Sequence record: SRR22947727_1410 | Strand: one strand, 5' to 3' | DNA: 40,983 nucleotides | Shown: piece by piece, positions 1-9,896 of the stretch | How positions within the stretch are numbered: position 1 is the stretch's first letter | How the letters are laid out: each line of letters begins with the position of its first letter | Notes under the pieces: model-generated | The model's input: the letters and a program-made list of their open reading frames with translations, nothing else | What the model was told of the DNA's origin: nothing | Databases searched by the model: none | Position numbers and translations under genes: made by a program

Positions 1-1
1 G

Positions 2-826
2 CAGGCGCTTTATGACCGCCTTGATGAGCTGCCAGAGCTGCCCGCAAAATTTGGCTTTGCGATGGATACGGGGCGGCGGCCAGTTTTGCAGGGCTGTTCG
101 GCAGATATACGCCTTGAAACATCAAAAGATGGCCGCCTTTTATTGATCGAAGATGGCGCCGATTTTGGTCATAGCGTTTCACAAGACACCGCGATATCTG
201 CCCTGATTGCCTTGGCCCATATGTTTTCACAGGCTGTCCGTGGCGGTAACCCCAATACTCGGATGCGGAATCTACCATCGCCGCTGCAAAGCGCACAAGA
301 TGAATATGCTTATAAAAGACAGCTGTCTTTCGCGTCCCTTCCGCTTGGGAAAACGGCGCTTGGCTTTCATTTAGCACCTGCTTTTGGGCAAACTACATCG
401 CAAGATTTTACAGAGCTGTTGATACAATCTGACTGTGCATTTTTGCGCTTAACACCCTGGCGCGGGCTTTTATTGGAACGGGCGTCAAACCTAACAATAC
501 CGCCTGGTTTCATTAGCGATGAGCAGGACCCTAAGCGGCGTATTCAGGTTTGCCCTGGCGCACCGGCCTGTCAGAGCGCCAAAGGGAATACGCGCGGTTT
601 TGCGGCGCGAATGGCACCGCGTCTTGGCGCCAATTCTGAGTTGAATTCGAAAGATCTGCATATTTCAGGATGCGCAAAAGGTTGCGCAAAACCCCAAAAG
701 GCAGATCTAACCTTCGTGGCTCAAAACTGTGGCTTTGACGTGATTGTAAAGGGCCATGCCTGGGATAAGCCAATCATAACGGGCTTAGACCCAGATATTA
801 TTTTACAAAACTTGGATGGCTTTTAA
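2..826 (+). CDS. cobG: Precorrin-3B synthase, 5'-truncated by the window edge
   Basis: The frame is open from position 2 (LPAKFGFAMDTG). It has nitrite/sulfite-reductase-like motifs LRLTPWR, CPGAPAC and LHISGCAKGC, and lies directly before cobH. Confidence 0.85.
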   Translation, partial: QALYDRLDELPELPAKFGFAMDTGRRPVLQGCSADIRLETSKDGRLLLIEDGADFGHSVSQDTAISALIALAHMFSQAVRGGNPNTRMRNLPSPLQSAQDEYAYKRQLSFASLPLGKTALGFHLAPAFGQTTSQDFTELLIQSDCAFLRLTPWRGLLLERASNLTIPPGFISDEQDPKRRIQVCPGAPACQSAKGNTRGFAARMAPRLGANSELNSKDLHISGCAKGCAKPQKADLTFVAQNCGFDVIVKGHAWDKPIITGLDPDIILQNLDGF

Positions 827-1455
827 TGCCCTATGAATATGAAACTAACGGCGCTGCGATTTACGAACAATCTTTTCGGATGATCCGCGCTGAATCAGAC
901 TTAACGAATTTTAATGCTTTGGAAGAACAAGTGGCTGTGCGCATGATCCATGCCGCCGGTTTGGTCGATCTGGCAAAATATATCAAATTTTCGAATGGTT
1001 TTGTTACCAAGGCGCGCGCCGCATTAAACGCGGGTGCGCCTATTTTTTGCGATGCGCGCATGGTCTCTGAGGGGATCACCCGCGCCCGTTTGCCTGATGC
1101 AAACGAAATCATATGCACGCTGCATGATCCAAATATTTACGAATTAGCGGCCGATATGAACACCACCCGATCCGCGGCCGCTTTAGAATTTTGGCGCCCC
1201 CGATTGGCCGGATCAGTGGTGGCAATTGGCAACGCGCCAACTGCTTTATTTCACCTTTTGAATATGCTCGAAGATCCCACTTGCCCGCGCCCTGCGGCAA
1301 TTATCGGGTGCCCTGTAGGCTTTGTAGGAGCGGTGGAGAGTAAGGACGCCCTATGGCAAGCGCAACCCGCGCCCTGTTCGATTGTAGAGGGCCGCTTGGG
1401 GGGAAGCGCCATCACCGTTGCAGCTGTGAACGCAATCGCGAGCCGTAAAGAATGA
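826..1455 (+). CDS. cobH: Precorrin-8X methylmutase
   Basis: Motifs IYEQSFRMIRAE, RMIHA, TRSAAA, IGNAPTALF and PVGFVGA. Confidence 0.95.
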   Translation: MPYEYETNGAAIYEQSFRMIRAESDLTNFNALEEQVAVRMIHAAGLVDLAKYIKFSNGFVTKARAALNAGAPIFCDARMVSEGITRARLPDANEIICTLHDPNIYELAADMNTTRSAAALEFWRPRLAGSVVAIGNAPTALFHLLNMLEDPTCPRPAAIIGCPVGFVGAVESKDALWQAQPAPCSIVEGRLGGSAITVAAVNAIASRKE

Positions 1456-2180
1456 GCAGAGCAACGATCTACGGGATCGGGCTTGGCCCCGGCGATCCGG
1501 ATTTAATGAGTGTCAAAGCCGATAGATTGGTGCGGCGCATAAAAAACGTTGCTTTTTTTCGAAAAGCCGGGCGCAAAGGACACGCAAGAACGATCGTTGA
1601 GGGGCTATTGCCGATGGGCGCGATTGAGTTGCCGATGGAATATCCCGTGACCACAGAAATCTCTGTAACAGATCCACAATACAATGCGCTTCTGTCCCAG
1701 TTTTATGAAGATTGCACATCGAAAATAGCCTCATTATCCGAGCAAGGGCACGAGGTTGCGATCCTCTGCGAAGGAGATCCCTTTTTCTATGGATCCTTCA
1801 TGCATTTATACACTCGGCTGAAAGACACGCACCCTGTCGCGGTTATACCAGCCATCACAGGAATGTCGGGCGCTTGGACGGCCAGCGGAGCGCCGATCAC
1901 CTGGGGTGATGATGTTTTAACCGTTTTATTGGGCACTTTATCACTGGACGAGTTGCAAAAGCGCATGGCCAATAGCGATGCTTTGGTCATAATGAAGATC
2001 GGTCGTAATATCGAAAAAATTCGCCAAGCCCTGAAAGCGAGCGACCTCTACCAAAAGGCGTGGTTGGTCGAATTCGCCACGATGCCCCAGCAAACCGTTT
2101 ATAAACTTTCTGAATGCGAGGGCAGAATTACCCCTTATTTTTCGATTATTGTGGTCCATGGTCAGGGACGGCGGCCATGA
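1452..2180 (+). CDS. cobI: Precorrin-2 C20-methyltransferase
   Basis: Motifs GIGLGPGDPDLMSVKA, LCEGDPFFYGSFMHL and C-terminal PYFS; ATGA overlap with cobH. Confidence 0.95.
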   Translation: MSRATIYGIGLGPGDPDLMSVKADRLVRRIKNVAFFRKAGRKGHARTIVEGLLPMGAIELPMEYPVTTEISVTDPQYNALLSQFYEDCTSKIASLSEQGHEVAILCEGDPFFYGSFMHLYTRLKDTHPVAVIPAITGMSGAWTASGAPITWGDDVLTVLLGTLSLDELQKRMANSDALVIMKIGRNIEKIRQALKASDLYQKAWLVEFATMPQQTVYKLSECEGRITPYFSIIVVHGQGRRP

Positions 2181-2929
2181 GTGGAACATTGAAAATTATC
2201 GGATTGGGCCCTGGCAGCGCCGGCCTGATCACCCCCGATGTCAAAGACGCATTGGAAACCGCCACGGATGCAATCGGCTATTACCCCTATGTTGCCCGCG
2301 TGATCGAGCGGTCCGGATTAACCATTCATGGATCCGATAATCGCGTGGAATTGCAACGCGCAAAGCAAGCTCTTGAACTGGCCGGCGAAGGCAGACATGT
2401 CGTGGTTGTCTCGTCTGGCGATCCAGGCGTGTTTGCAATGGCCTCTGCGGTGTTTGAGGCCGTTGAAACCGGACCTTTAAGCTGGCGTGAGCTGGACATA
2501 TCCGTATTGCCTGGAATCACCGCAATGCTGGCGGCCGCTGCGCGGCTGGGGGCGCCTTTGGGACATGATTTCTGCGTCATAAACCTGAGTGACAACCTAA
2601 AGCCGTGGTCAATCATCGAAACGCGTTTGCGGTTAGCGGTGGAGGCGGATTTCGCCATGGCCTTTTACAATCCGCGGTCAAAAGCGCGCCCTGAAGGGTT
2701 TGAAAAAGCATTGGATTTGCTTAAGAGCGCTTGTGAAAAGGAGCGGTTGATCATGTTTGCGCGGGCGGTTAGCACGCCAGAGGAAAGCCTGCTCACCGTT
2801 GCGCTTAGCGACGCTACGCCCGATATGGCCGATATGCGAACGATGGTTTTGGTCGGTTCGCGCCAGACGCGTTTGATCCCGCGAGAAAACGCCGCGCCGA
2901 TTGTCTATACGCCCCGGAGCATGCGCTAA
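2177..2929 (+). CDS. cobJ: Precorrin-3B C17-methyltransferase
   Basis: Motifs GLGPG, VSSGDPGVFAMA, LGHDFCVINLSDNLKPW and YTPR. Start set at the ATG overlapping the cobI stop. Confidence 0.95.
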   Translation: MSGTLKIIGLGPGSAGLITPDVKDALETATDAIGYYPYVARVIERSGLTIHGSDNRVELQRAKQALELAGEGRHVVVVSSGDPGVFAMASAVFEAVETGPLSWRELDISVLPGITAMLAAAARLGAPLGHDFCVINLSDNLKPWSIIETRLRLAVEADFAMAFYNPRSKARPEGFEKALDLLKSACEKERLIMFARAVSTPEESLLTVALSDATPDMADMRTMVLVGSRQTRLIPRENAAPIVYTPRSMR

Positions 2930-3666
2930 TGCCCCGCAATCCAATCCATCGCTTCGGTGACCAAGAACGCCTCATCGCGGGGGAGCGACAAAATTGGGCG
3001 TTCAATCATAATTACCGGCAAGGAAAGCTGCCGCGCCGCTTCAATTTTAGCATAGGCGCCGCGCCCACCCGCATTTTTAGAAACAACCATCTCAACCTCA
3101 TGCTCGCGCATCAACGCAATATCCTGTTCTTTGCTAAAGGGTCCACGAGATACAATGATCGTGCTATCTGGCAGCGCCAAAGTCTGCGCGGGCGGGTCGA
3201 CAAGTCGCAACACATAGTGATGCTGCGATTGCGCGGCAAACAGATCAAGATGCATCCGCCCAATGGCAAGCATAATATTCTGCTTCTGAGCGGGCAAGGC
3301 GGACGCGGCCGCCGAAATATCGGGCACGCTATGCCAGCGGTCAGTTGTTTCGGGGCGCCAAGGAGGGCGCGTCAAAGCCAGCAGGGGAACCCCTGCTTTG
3401 GCGCAAGCAAGCACAGCGTTTTCGCTCATCTGCGTCGCAAAAGGATGTGTGGCATCGATCACATGCGTAATCTGTTCTTCCCGAAGATAGGCGAACAAGC
3501 CTTGGACGCCGCCAAACCCACCAATCCGCTTTTCAATTGGTTGGGCTTTGGGCCGCTCAACGCGCCCAGCGTAAGACAGGCACGCGCGATACCCTTTGGT
3601 TGCTACGGCTTGCGCGAGCTGACTGGCCTCAATCGTACCGGCCAAAATCAAAAGGTTTACGGTCAT
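2926..3666 (-). CDS. cobK: Precorrin-6A/cobalt-precorrin-6A reductase
   Basis: Motifs LLILAGTIEA, GGFGG, IDATHPFA, VSKNAGG and AKIEAAR. Start set at ATG 3666 (MTVNLL). Confidence 0.93.
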   Translation of the reverse strand: MTVNLLILAGTIEASQLAQAVATKGYRACLSYAGRVERPKAQPIEKRIGGFGGVQGLFAYLREEQITHVIDATHPFATQMSENAVLACAKAGVPLLALTRPPWRPETTDRWHSVPDISAAASALPAQKQNIMLAIGRMHLDLFAAQSQHHYVLRLVDPPAQTLALPDSTIIVSRGPFSKEQDIALMREHEVEMVVSKNAGGRGAYAKIEAARQLSLPVIMIERPILSLPRDEAFLVTEAMDWIAGH

Positions 3667-4864
3667 GGATAACGCTCCTTGGCTCACCATACTCGGTTGG
3701 GGCGAAGATGGTCCAGATGGGCTAACCGCCACAAGTGCAAAAATTTTGCAAGACGCAGAGATTATCGCTGGTGCCACTCGGCATTTAGACCTTTTACCGC
3801 CAGACTATAACGCTATGCGTTTCTGCTGGCCGGTGCCCTTCGCCGCGGGGCTAGCACCTTTCTTGGCTTTGCGGGGCAAAAAGGTTGTGCTTTTGGCGTC
3901 GGGCCATCCCTTTTGGTTTGGCGCAGGCACAAGTATCACGCAACATTTACAGCCCGAGGAATGGCGCGCCCTGCCCGGCCTGTCTTCATTTTCATTGGCG
4001 GCCGCAGCCTTGGGCTGGCCGCTTGAAACCACGCATTGCATGGGGTTGCACGCAGCGCCCCTTGAACGTTTACGCCCGCATTTGGGGGTTAATAAGCGCC
4101 TTCTGATCACGCTTAAAGATGGGGCGATGGCCCAAACGGTTGCGCAATATCTTTGCGCTGTTGGGTTTGATAAATCCGAGCTAACTGTGCTTGAGCGCCT
4201 GGGTGGACCGCATCAAAAAATCCGCTCGACCCGCGCAGATCGCTTTAACCTTGAAAAAATTGAACACCCTGCTCTGCTGGCGATCACGCCAAGCGATGGG
4301 CCGGCGCTTCCATTGGCAAATGGATGGCCAGATAGCGTCTTTTTCCATGATGGCCAAATCACCAAACGCCCGATACGCGCCTTAACGCTGTCTGCGCTTT
4401 GCCCAAAACCCGGCGATGTGCTGTGGGATCTCGGCGGTGGGTCCGGCTCAATTTCTTTGGAATGGCTGGCCAGTGATACAACGCTGACAGCCTTTTGTAT
4501 TGAACAAAACCCCGACCGCGTGAGCCGCATTAAAAAGAATGCGCAAGAATTGGGGCTAGACCGGTTGCACGTAATACAAGCACAAGCGCCAGAAACACTC
4601 CATGATTTACCGCTTCCCAATGCGGTTTTTATTGGCGGCGGTATCAGCGATGCCTTGTTACATACGCTGTGGCATATATTGCCTGCGGATACGCGTCTGG
4701 TGTGCAATGGCGTAACCTTAGAGGCAGAAGCCTTACTGATAAACTGGCAGTCAGAAAAAGGGGGTGAGCTTCTGCGGATCGAACTGTCCCATATGGCCCC
4801 GCTTGGTTCAAAACGCGGATGGAAAGCCAACTTTCCAATCTTGCAATGGAGCTGCACGTTATGA
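3665..4864 (+). CDS. cobL: Precorrin-6Y C5,15-methyltransferase (decarboxylating), CbiE-CbiT fusion
   Basis: N-terminal domain with LASGHPFWFGAG; C-terminal domain with GQITKRPIRA, LWDLGGGSGS and VFIGGG. Confidence 0.93.
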   Translation: MDNAPWLTILGWGEDGPDGLTATSAKILQDAEIIAGATRHLDLLPPDYNAMRFCWPVPFAAGLAPFLALRGKKVVLLASGHPFWFGAGTSITQHLQPEEWRALPGLSSFSLAAAALGWPLETTHCMGLHAAPLERLRPHLGVNKRLLITLKDGAMAQTVAQYLCAVGFDKSELTVLERLGGPHQKIRSTRADRFNLEKIEHPALLAITPSDGPALPLANGWPDSVFFHDGQITKRPIRALTLSALCPKPGDVLWDLGGGSGSISLEWLASDTTLTAFCIEQNPDRVSRIKKNAQELGLDRLHVIQAQAPETLHDLPLPNAVFIGGGISDALLHTLWHILPADTRLVCNGVTLEAEALLINWQSEKGGELLRIELSHMAPLGSKRGWKANFPILQWSCTL

Positions 4865-5241
4865 TCTTTGTTGGCCTTGGGTTTCGCAAAGCCGTAACTA
4901 CGAAAAGCTTTGAAAACCTGTTCCGTCAGGTTTTTAACCTGACGGAATTGCCGGGCCCAATAAAGGCGCTTGCCACGCTTGATACAAAAGCTTTAAATCC
5001 TGCATTGCAAGAATTTGCAGCGGCAAAAAAGGTCACACTCATTCCTGTGTCTTTGGAAAATCTACAGCGGCAAATAACGCCAACGCAATCACCCGCCGCA
5101 CAAGCCGCTTATGGCCTGGGTAGCATCGCCGAAGCCGCCGCGTTGGCCGCCGCAGGAGATGGATCATCATTAACCTTCAGGCGCTTGGTATCAAATGATA
5201 AAATGGCAACATGCGCCTTTGCGAAAGGATCTTTTAAATGA
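4861..5241 (+). CDS. cobE: Cobalamin biosynthesis protein, CobE/CbiG C-terminal family
   Basis: Motifs [20 protein letters not shown] and ATCAFA; ATGA overlaps with cobL and cobM. Confidence 0.8.
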   Translation: MIFVGLGFRKAVTTKSFENLFRQVFNLTELPGPIKALATLDTKALNPALQEFAAAKKVTLIPVSLENLQRQITPTQSPAAQAAYGLGSIAEAAALAAAGDGSSLTFRRLVSNDKMATCAFAKGSFK

Positions 5242-6023
5242 CAGTGCACTTTATTGGCGCCGGTCCGGGAGCGGCAGATCTTTTAACGCTCCGCGGACGC
5301 GATTTGATCGCCAATTCACCGGTCTGCCTTTACGCGGGCTCGTTGGTGCCCGCCGAAATATTAGCGCATTGCGCCAGCACAGCGCGGATTGTGAACACAG
5401 CACCAATGGATCTTGATGCGATTATCGCCGAATGCCAGCGTGCTGAGGATGCTGGGCTTGATGTGGCGCGCCTGCATTCGGGCGATTTATCGATTTGGTC
5501 TGCTATGGGCGAACAAATCCGCCGTTTAAAAGCAGCCGATATTCCCTTTACAATCACCCCTGGCGTTCCATCCTTCGCCGCTGCTGCCGCGGCTTTAGAA
5601 GCCGAATTAACATTGCCTGAGATTAGTCAGTCAGTGGTACTGACCCGCACTTCGGGCCGCGCATCAACCATGCCCTCAGGGGAGAGTTTGGAAAACTTTG
5701 CGCGCAGTGGGGCCACTTTGGCGATACATTTATCAATCCACCAGCTTACTAAAGTGGTGACAGAGCTCACACCTTTTTACGGCGAGCATTGCCCGGTGGC
5801 GATCGTCTATCGCGCAAGCTGGCCTGATCAGGAAATCACGCGTTCAACCTTGTGCCGCGTGGCTGAAACGCTGTCAGAAGATATAAAACGGACCGCTCTC
5901 ATTCTTGTTGGGCCAGCTTTGGCCGCCGAGGATTTTGCGGAAAGCAGCCTTTATGCAAAGGATTATGATCGCCGCTTTCGCCCGCAAAGCGCGGAATCGC
6001 CTTTTTATGGAAGCGCTGATTGA
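5238..6023 (+). CDS. cobM: Precorrin-4 C11-methyltransferase
   Basis: Motifs [32 protein letters not shown] and YRASWPD. Confidence 0.96.
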   Translation: MTVHFIGAGPGAADLLTLRGRDLIANSPVCLYAGSLVPAEILAHCASTARIVNTAPMDLDAIIAECQRAEDAGLDVARLHSGDLSIWSAMGEQIRRLKAADIPFTITPGVPSFAAAAAALEAELTLPEISQSVVLTRTSGRASTMPSGESLENFARSGATLAIHLSIHQLTKVVTELTPFYGEHCPVAIVYRASWPDQEITRSTLCRVAETLSEDIKRTALILVGPALAAEDFAESSLYAKDYDRRFRPQSAESPFYGSAD

Positions 6024-7330
6024 TGCGCCCGAATGGTCTTTTAATTTCTGCACCCAGCTCAGGCACCGGCAAAACAACCGTTATGCTGGGGTTGCTCCGG
6101 GCATTTTCTGATCGCGGCCTTGCCGTTCAACCGTTTAAAAGTGGCCCCGATTATATCGATCCAGCTTTCCATTTTGCCGCTGCGCGCCGGGCATCGTTCA
6201 ACATTGACAGCTGGTCTATGAGCGCAGAGCTGATCGATGCGATCAGCCACCAGGCGTCTGGCGCGGAATTGATCATTGCAGAAGGCTCAATGGGGTTGTT
6301 TGACGGTGTGGCAACGCGGGGCGCTGAGGGGTATGGAAGCAGCGCCGAAACGGCCCAAAGATTGGGCTGGCCGGTTGTGTTGGTGATCGATGTTTCTGGG
6401 CAGGCCCAATCCGCTGCGGCAACCGCTTTCGGCTTTAAAACCTATGCGCCTGATCTCAATATTGCAGGGGTTATCTTAAACCGGGTTGCCAGCCCGCGCC
6501 ATGAACGTTTGGCAAGATTGGGTATGCAAAAAGCGGGAATTGAGGTGTTTGGATCGTTGCCAAGGCGCGGTGATCTTGCGCTTCCCGAGCGGCATCTAGG
6601 GCTTATTCAGGCCGTAGAGCATCCTGATTTGGAAACCGCGGTTGCTGGTTATGCGCAATTTTTAAAAGATCACGTGGATCTGGATGCGTTGTTTGCGGCC
6701 GCATCCGGATCTGCTGTTGCGCGGCCGGGGCGCTGGGCATCCCCGCCGGCCCAGAAAATTGCCATCGCGCGCGATGCTGCTTTTTCTTTCACCTATCCGC
6801 ATCTATTGGAAAGCTGGCGCGCGGCAGGTGCAAGCATTCTGCCGTTTTCGCCTTTATCTGATGAGCCTGTTCCACCCTCTGACTTGGTCATCTTACCCGG
6901 GGGGTATCCAGAGCTGCACGCGGGCAAGCTGGCTTCGGCACATAATTTTTGGAACAGTTTGCGGGCGCATGCGGCACAAAACCCCGTTCATGGCGAATGC
7001 GGCGGCTATATGGCGCTAGGAGAAGCCCTGATTGATAAGCAGGGTGTCTCGCATAAAATGGCAGGGTTGCTTGGTTTGGTAACCAGTTATGAAAAACGCA
7101 AATTTCATTTGGGCTATCGCCAAGCCCATCTATGCGCCCCCGCTTTGGGCTTTGCGAAAGGCACAAAATTGCGCGGTCATGAATTTCATTATTCAAGCAT
7201 TCTCAACCAACCCGACGCAGCATTGGCTGATGTGTTCGATGCCGATGGCAATTCAGTCGCCGAAACCGGCTCTTTTCGCGGATATGTCAGCGGGACCTTT
7301 TTCCATTTGATTGATGAGGCGCAAAAGTGA
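6023..7330 (+). CDS. cobB: Hydrogenobyrinate/cobyrinate a,c-diamide synthase
   Basis: P-loop SGTGKTT, FKSGPDYIDP, EGSMGLFDG, LPERHLGL, and a glutaminase domain with GECGG and GHEFHYS. Confidence 0.95.
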   Translation: MRPNGLLISAPSSGTGKTTVMLGLLRAFSDRGLAVQPFKSGPDYIDPAFHFAAARRASFNIDSWSMSAELIDAISHQASGAELIIAEGSMGLFDGVATRGAEGYGSSAETAQRLGWPVVLVIDVSGQAQSAAATAFGFKTYAPDLNIAGVILNRVASPRHERLARLGMQKAGIEVFGSLPRRGDLALPERHLGLIQAVEHPDLETAVAGYAQFLKDHVDLDALFAAASGSAVARPGRWASPPAQKIAIARDAAFSFTYPHLLESWRAAGASILPFSPLSDEPVPPSDLVILPGGYPELHAGKLASAHNFWNSLRAHAAQNPVHGECGGYMALGEALIDKQGVSHKMAGLLGLVTSYEKRKFHLGYRQAHLCAPALGFAKGTKLRGHEFHYSSILNQPDAALADVFDADGNSVAETGSFRGYVSGTFFHLIDEAQK

Positions 7331-8082
7331 CCGGATTTGTAAGCTTTGTTGGCTCTGGCCCTGGCGACCCCGCGCTTTTAACCTTGAAAGCCGTTGAGTG
7401 CCTAAAAACGGCGCAGGTTGTCTTATTCGACGATTTATCCTCTGGGCCAATTCTGAAATATGCCGGCGCAAAAACAGAATTGATTGGGGTGGGCAAACGC
7501 GCCGGCCGTCGTTCGCCTAAGCAGGATCACGTAAGTCGTTTATTGGTCGATTATGCTGGCCAAGGCTATCAAGTTGTACGTCTTAAATCAGGGGATCCAG
7601 GCGTTTTTGGCAGATTAGAGGAAGAAATTGAGGCTTTGCGCGCGGCGAATCTTCCGTTTGAAATTGTGCCAGGGGTAACCGCTGCAAGCGCGGCAGCCGC
7701 GGCGGCGGGCATTCCCCTCAGTCGACGTTTAACCGCCAGGCGCATTCAATTTGTGACGGGGCATGACGTTGCGGGCGCGCTGCCAGACGATCTGAATATC
7801 CCCGCCCTTACCGATCCGAATGCCACAACGGTGATTTATATGCCAAAGCGCACCTTTGCTTCTTTAGCTGAACTCTTGATCCAAAATGGCTTGCCGAAAA
7901 CCACTCCGGCTTTACTGGCGGAAAGCATTTCCACACCTGAGCAATATCTGCAGCGAACAACCGTGCTCACCTTGGCGCAGCAACTCTCAAAGGATATCTC
8001 AAGCGCGCCCGGGCTCATTTTGTATGGCGCCTTGGCTGAAACTTCGCTTCAAGATGTCGGGGTTGGTTGTGATCTGTCGTGA
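7327..8082 (+). CDS. cobA: Uroporphyrinogen-III C-methyltransferase
   Basis: Motifs VGSGPGDPALLTLKA, VVRLKSGDP, VPGVTA and FVTGH; GTG start overlapping the cobB stop. Confidence 0.93.
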   Translation: MTGFVSFVGSGPGDPALLTLKAVECLKTAQVVLFDDLSSGPILKYAGAKTELIGVGKRAGRRSPKQDHVSRLLVDYAGQGYQVVRLKSGDPGVFGRLEEEIEALRAANLPFEIVPGVTAASAAAAAAGIPLSRRLTARRIQFVTGHDVAGALPDDLNIPALTDPNATTVIYMPKRTFASLAELLIQNGLPKTTPALLAESISTPEQYLQRTTVLTLAQQLSKDISSAPGLILYGALAETSLQDVGVGCDLS

Positions 8083-8119
8083 TTTGTCTTGACCCAAGGG
8101 GTCAGCCTGCTTAACTGGC

Positions 8120-8315
8120 CGAGCAAAAGGTGCCAAAGCATACGCGATGGTGAAACGGGAAGCCAGTTCAACGCAAGTTTGCCCCGGCAAGCTTAAGCCA
8201 ATCTGGCGCTGCCCCCGCAACGGTAGGCAAAGAGGCTGTATCATAAGCCATTATGGCAATAAGCCATGAGAAGGCGATACAACCGGCGGTCTTTGCAAGC
8301 CCGGAGACCGGCCTA
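8120..8315 (+). ncRNA. Cobalamin riboswitch
   Basis: Ordered conserved blocks AGGTG (8128), AAACGGGAAGCCAG (8153), GCTGCCCCCGCAACGGT (8208-8224), GCCATT..GAGAAGGC and the B12 box AAGCCCGGAGACCGGCC (8297-8313), upstream of a CbiM-like gene. Ends are approximate. Confidence 0.92.
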
Positions 8316-8327
8316 ATGCGTTAACGC

Positions 8328-8354
8328 AGATCCCTGCAATGGGGGATCTTTTAT
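8328..8354 (+). terminator. Hairpin with short U tract, probable riboswitch expression platform
   Basis: AGATCCCT-gcaatg-GGGGATCT followed by TTTAT, just downstream of the B12 box. Confidence 0.5.
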
Positions 8355-8397
8355 ATTGGTTGATCACGGGGAAGTGATCTTTAACAAAGGAAAAGAC

Positions 8398-9072
8398 ATG
8401 CATATTGAACCAGGCCTTGTGAATGGGGTAAAAATTGCCCTGAGCTATGCAACCGCGGCCGGCGCAGCAACTTATGGTATTAAATTAACGCTAGAGGCAT
8501 TGCGCCAGTCTGGCGCCTTCAATTTGGCAGCGCGTGCTATTTTGGCAACGATTGCGACATTCGTCTTTTTCGAGATTTTGCCGCATTTTCCTGTCGGTGT
8601 ATCAGAAGTTCACTTCATTCTGGGCTCGACATTGTTCCTCATTTTTGGTGTGGCTCCTGCCGCATTTGGCTTGGCCGCTGGATTGCTGATCCAAGGGCTC
8701 TTTTTCGCCCCGATTGATTTACCACAATATTTTATGAATCTCACGTCGCTGTTGGTTCCTTTATTCGCCTTATCGGTGATTGCAAAAGCGGTGATTGCGC
8801 CAAATACGGCCTATGCCGACTTGAGCTACCGCCAAGCGCTTATGCTCTCGACCAGTTATCAAGCCGGCGTTGTTGGCTGGGTCGCTTTTTGGGTGTTTTA
8901 CGGCCAGGGGTTTGGCGCTGAAACCTTCGCAAGCGTTGGTCTGTTCGGCATGGCGTATATGAGCGTGATTATTTTGGAACCGGTTGTTGATCTCGCGGTA
9001 TTGGCGCTGGCAAAAATGATGCGCGATACTCCAGCGTCGGGTCTAATGCAGCCGCGCGTGTATTCTGCTTAA
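8398..9072 (+). CDS. CbiM-like membrane protein, probable cobalt uptake (ECF S-component type)
   Basis: N-terminal MHIEPG metal-binding type start, SEVHFILG and several hydrophobic segments. It has an AAAGGA RBS and sits behind the B12 riboswitch. Confidence 0.8.
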   Translation: MHIEPGLVNGVKIALSYATAAGAATYGIKLTLEALRQSGAFNLAARAILATIATFVFFEILPHFPVGVSEVHFILGSTLFLIFGVAPAAFGLAAGLLIQGLFFAPIDLPQYFMNLTSLLVPLFALSVIAKAVIAPNTAYADLSYRQALMLSTSYQAGVVGWVAFWVFYGQGFGAETFASVGLFGMAYMSVIILEPVVDLAVLALAKMMRDTPASGLMQPRVYSA

Positions 9073-9090
9073 ACTTTGAAACGAGACTTA

Positions 9091-9126
9091 AAGCGGCCTC
9101 ATTTTTTTATGGGGCCGTTTTATATT
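9091..9126 (+). terminator. Intrinsic terminator-like hairpin
   Basis: Stem AAGCGGCCTCAT / ATGGGGCCGTTT followed by T-rich bases, just after the CbiM-like stop. Confidence 0.55.
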
Positions 9127-9137
9127 GGGGCTACAAA

Positions 9138-9893
9138 ATGATTGATCTGTATTTCATCGGCATCGGGATGGGCAATCCAGATCATTTAACCAGACAGGCG
9201 ATTGCCGAACTTCAAACCGCTGATGTTATTCTAATCCCGCATAAAGGCGCCCAAAAATCTGATCTTGCCGATTTGCGCAAAACTATTTGTGAAAAATGTC
9301 TCGAGCCAATCCCGCCTTTGGTTTATTTTGATCTTCCCAAACGCGATTCCAAAACCAAAACCTATCTAGAGGGGGTTGTTGATTGGCACAGCGCGATCGC
9401 CAAAACTTGGCAGGATACGCTGCACAGAACGCTTCCAAATGGTGGCAAAGCGGCGCTTATGATCTGGGGTGACCCCTCTCTTTATGACAGCAGCTTGCGC
9501 ATTGCCCAAAGGTTAAACCCGCGCAAAGCAGCAATCCGCATCACTGTGGTTCCGGGATTGACATCAGTTCAACTGCTAACCGCGGCGCATGCCATTCCCC
9601 TTAATGCTTTAGGAGCAGCCGTCACCTATACAACGGGGCGCAATTTGGCAAATCACGGTTGGCCTGATAAATGTGAAAGCTTGGTTGTAATGCTGGATGG
9701 TCAAACCGCGTTTGATCGATTGGATCCAGACGCGTTTGAAATATGGTGGGGTGCATTTTTGGGCATGCCAGAGCAGATTTTAATCAGCGGCCGGCTTTCT
9801 TCGTGTTGCGAAGAGATAAAAACCACGCGCCAGCGCGCCCGTGAAACTCATGGCTGGATTATGGACACGTATCTATTAAGACCTGTTCCGTAA
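9138..9893 (+). CDS. cobF: Precorrin-6A synthase (deacetylating)
   Basis: Motifs IGIGMGNPDHLT, WGDPSLYDS, TTGR, WWGAFLG and HGWIMDTYLLR. Confidence 0.95.
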   Translation: MIDLYFIGIGMGNPDHLTRQAIAELQTADVILIPHKGAQKSDLADLRKTICEKCLEPIPPLVYFDLPKRDSKTKTYLEGVVDWHSAIAKTWQDTLHRTLPNGGKAALMIWGDPSLYDSSLRIAQRLNPRKAAIRITVVPGLTSVQLLTAAHAIPLNALGAAVTYTTGRNLANHGWPDKCESLVVMLDGQTAFDRLDPDAFEIWWGAFLGMPEQILISGRLSSCCEEIKTTRQRARETHGWIMDTYLLRPVP

Positions 9894-9896
9894 TTT

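Noticed and set aside
2929-3672. 247-aa plus-strand ORF between cobJ and cobL
   Set aside because: It is the antisense shadow of cobK and has no recognisable motifs.
4213-4857. 214-aa minus-strand ORF
   Set aside because: It is the antisense shadow of cobL.
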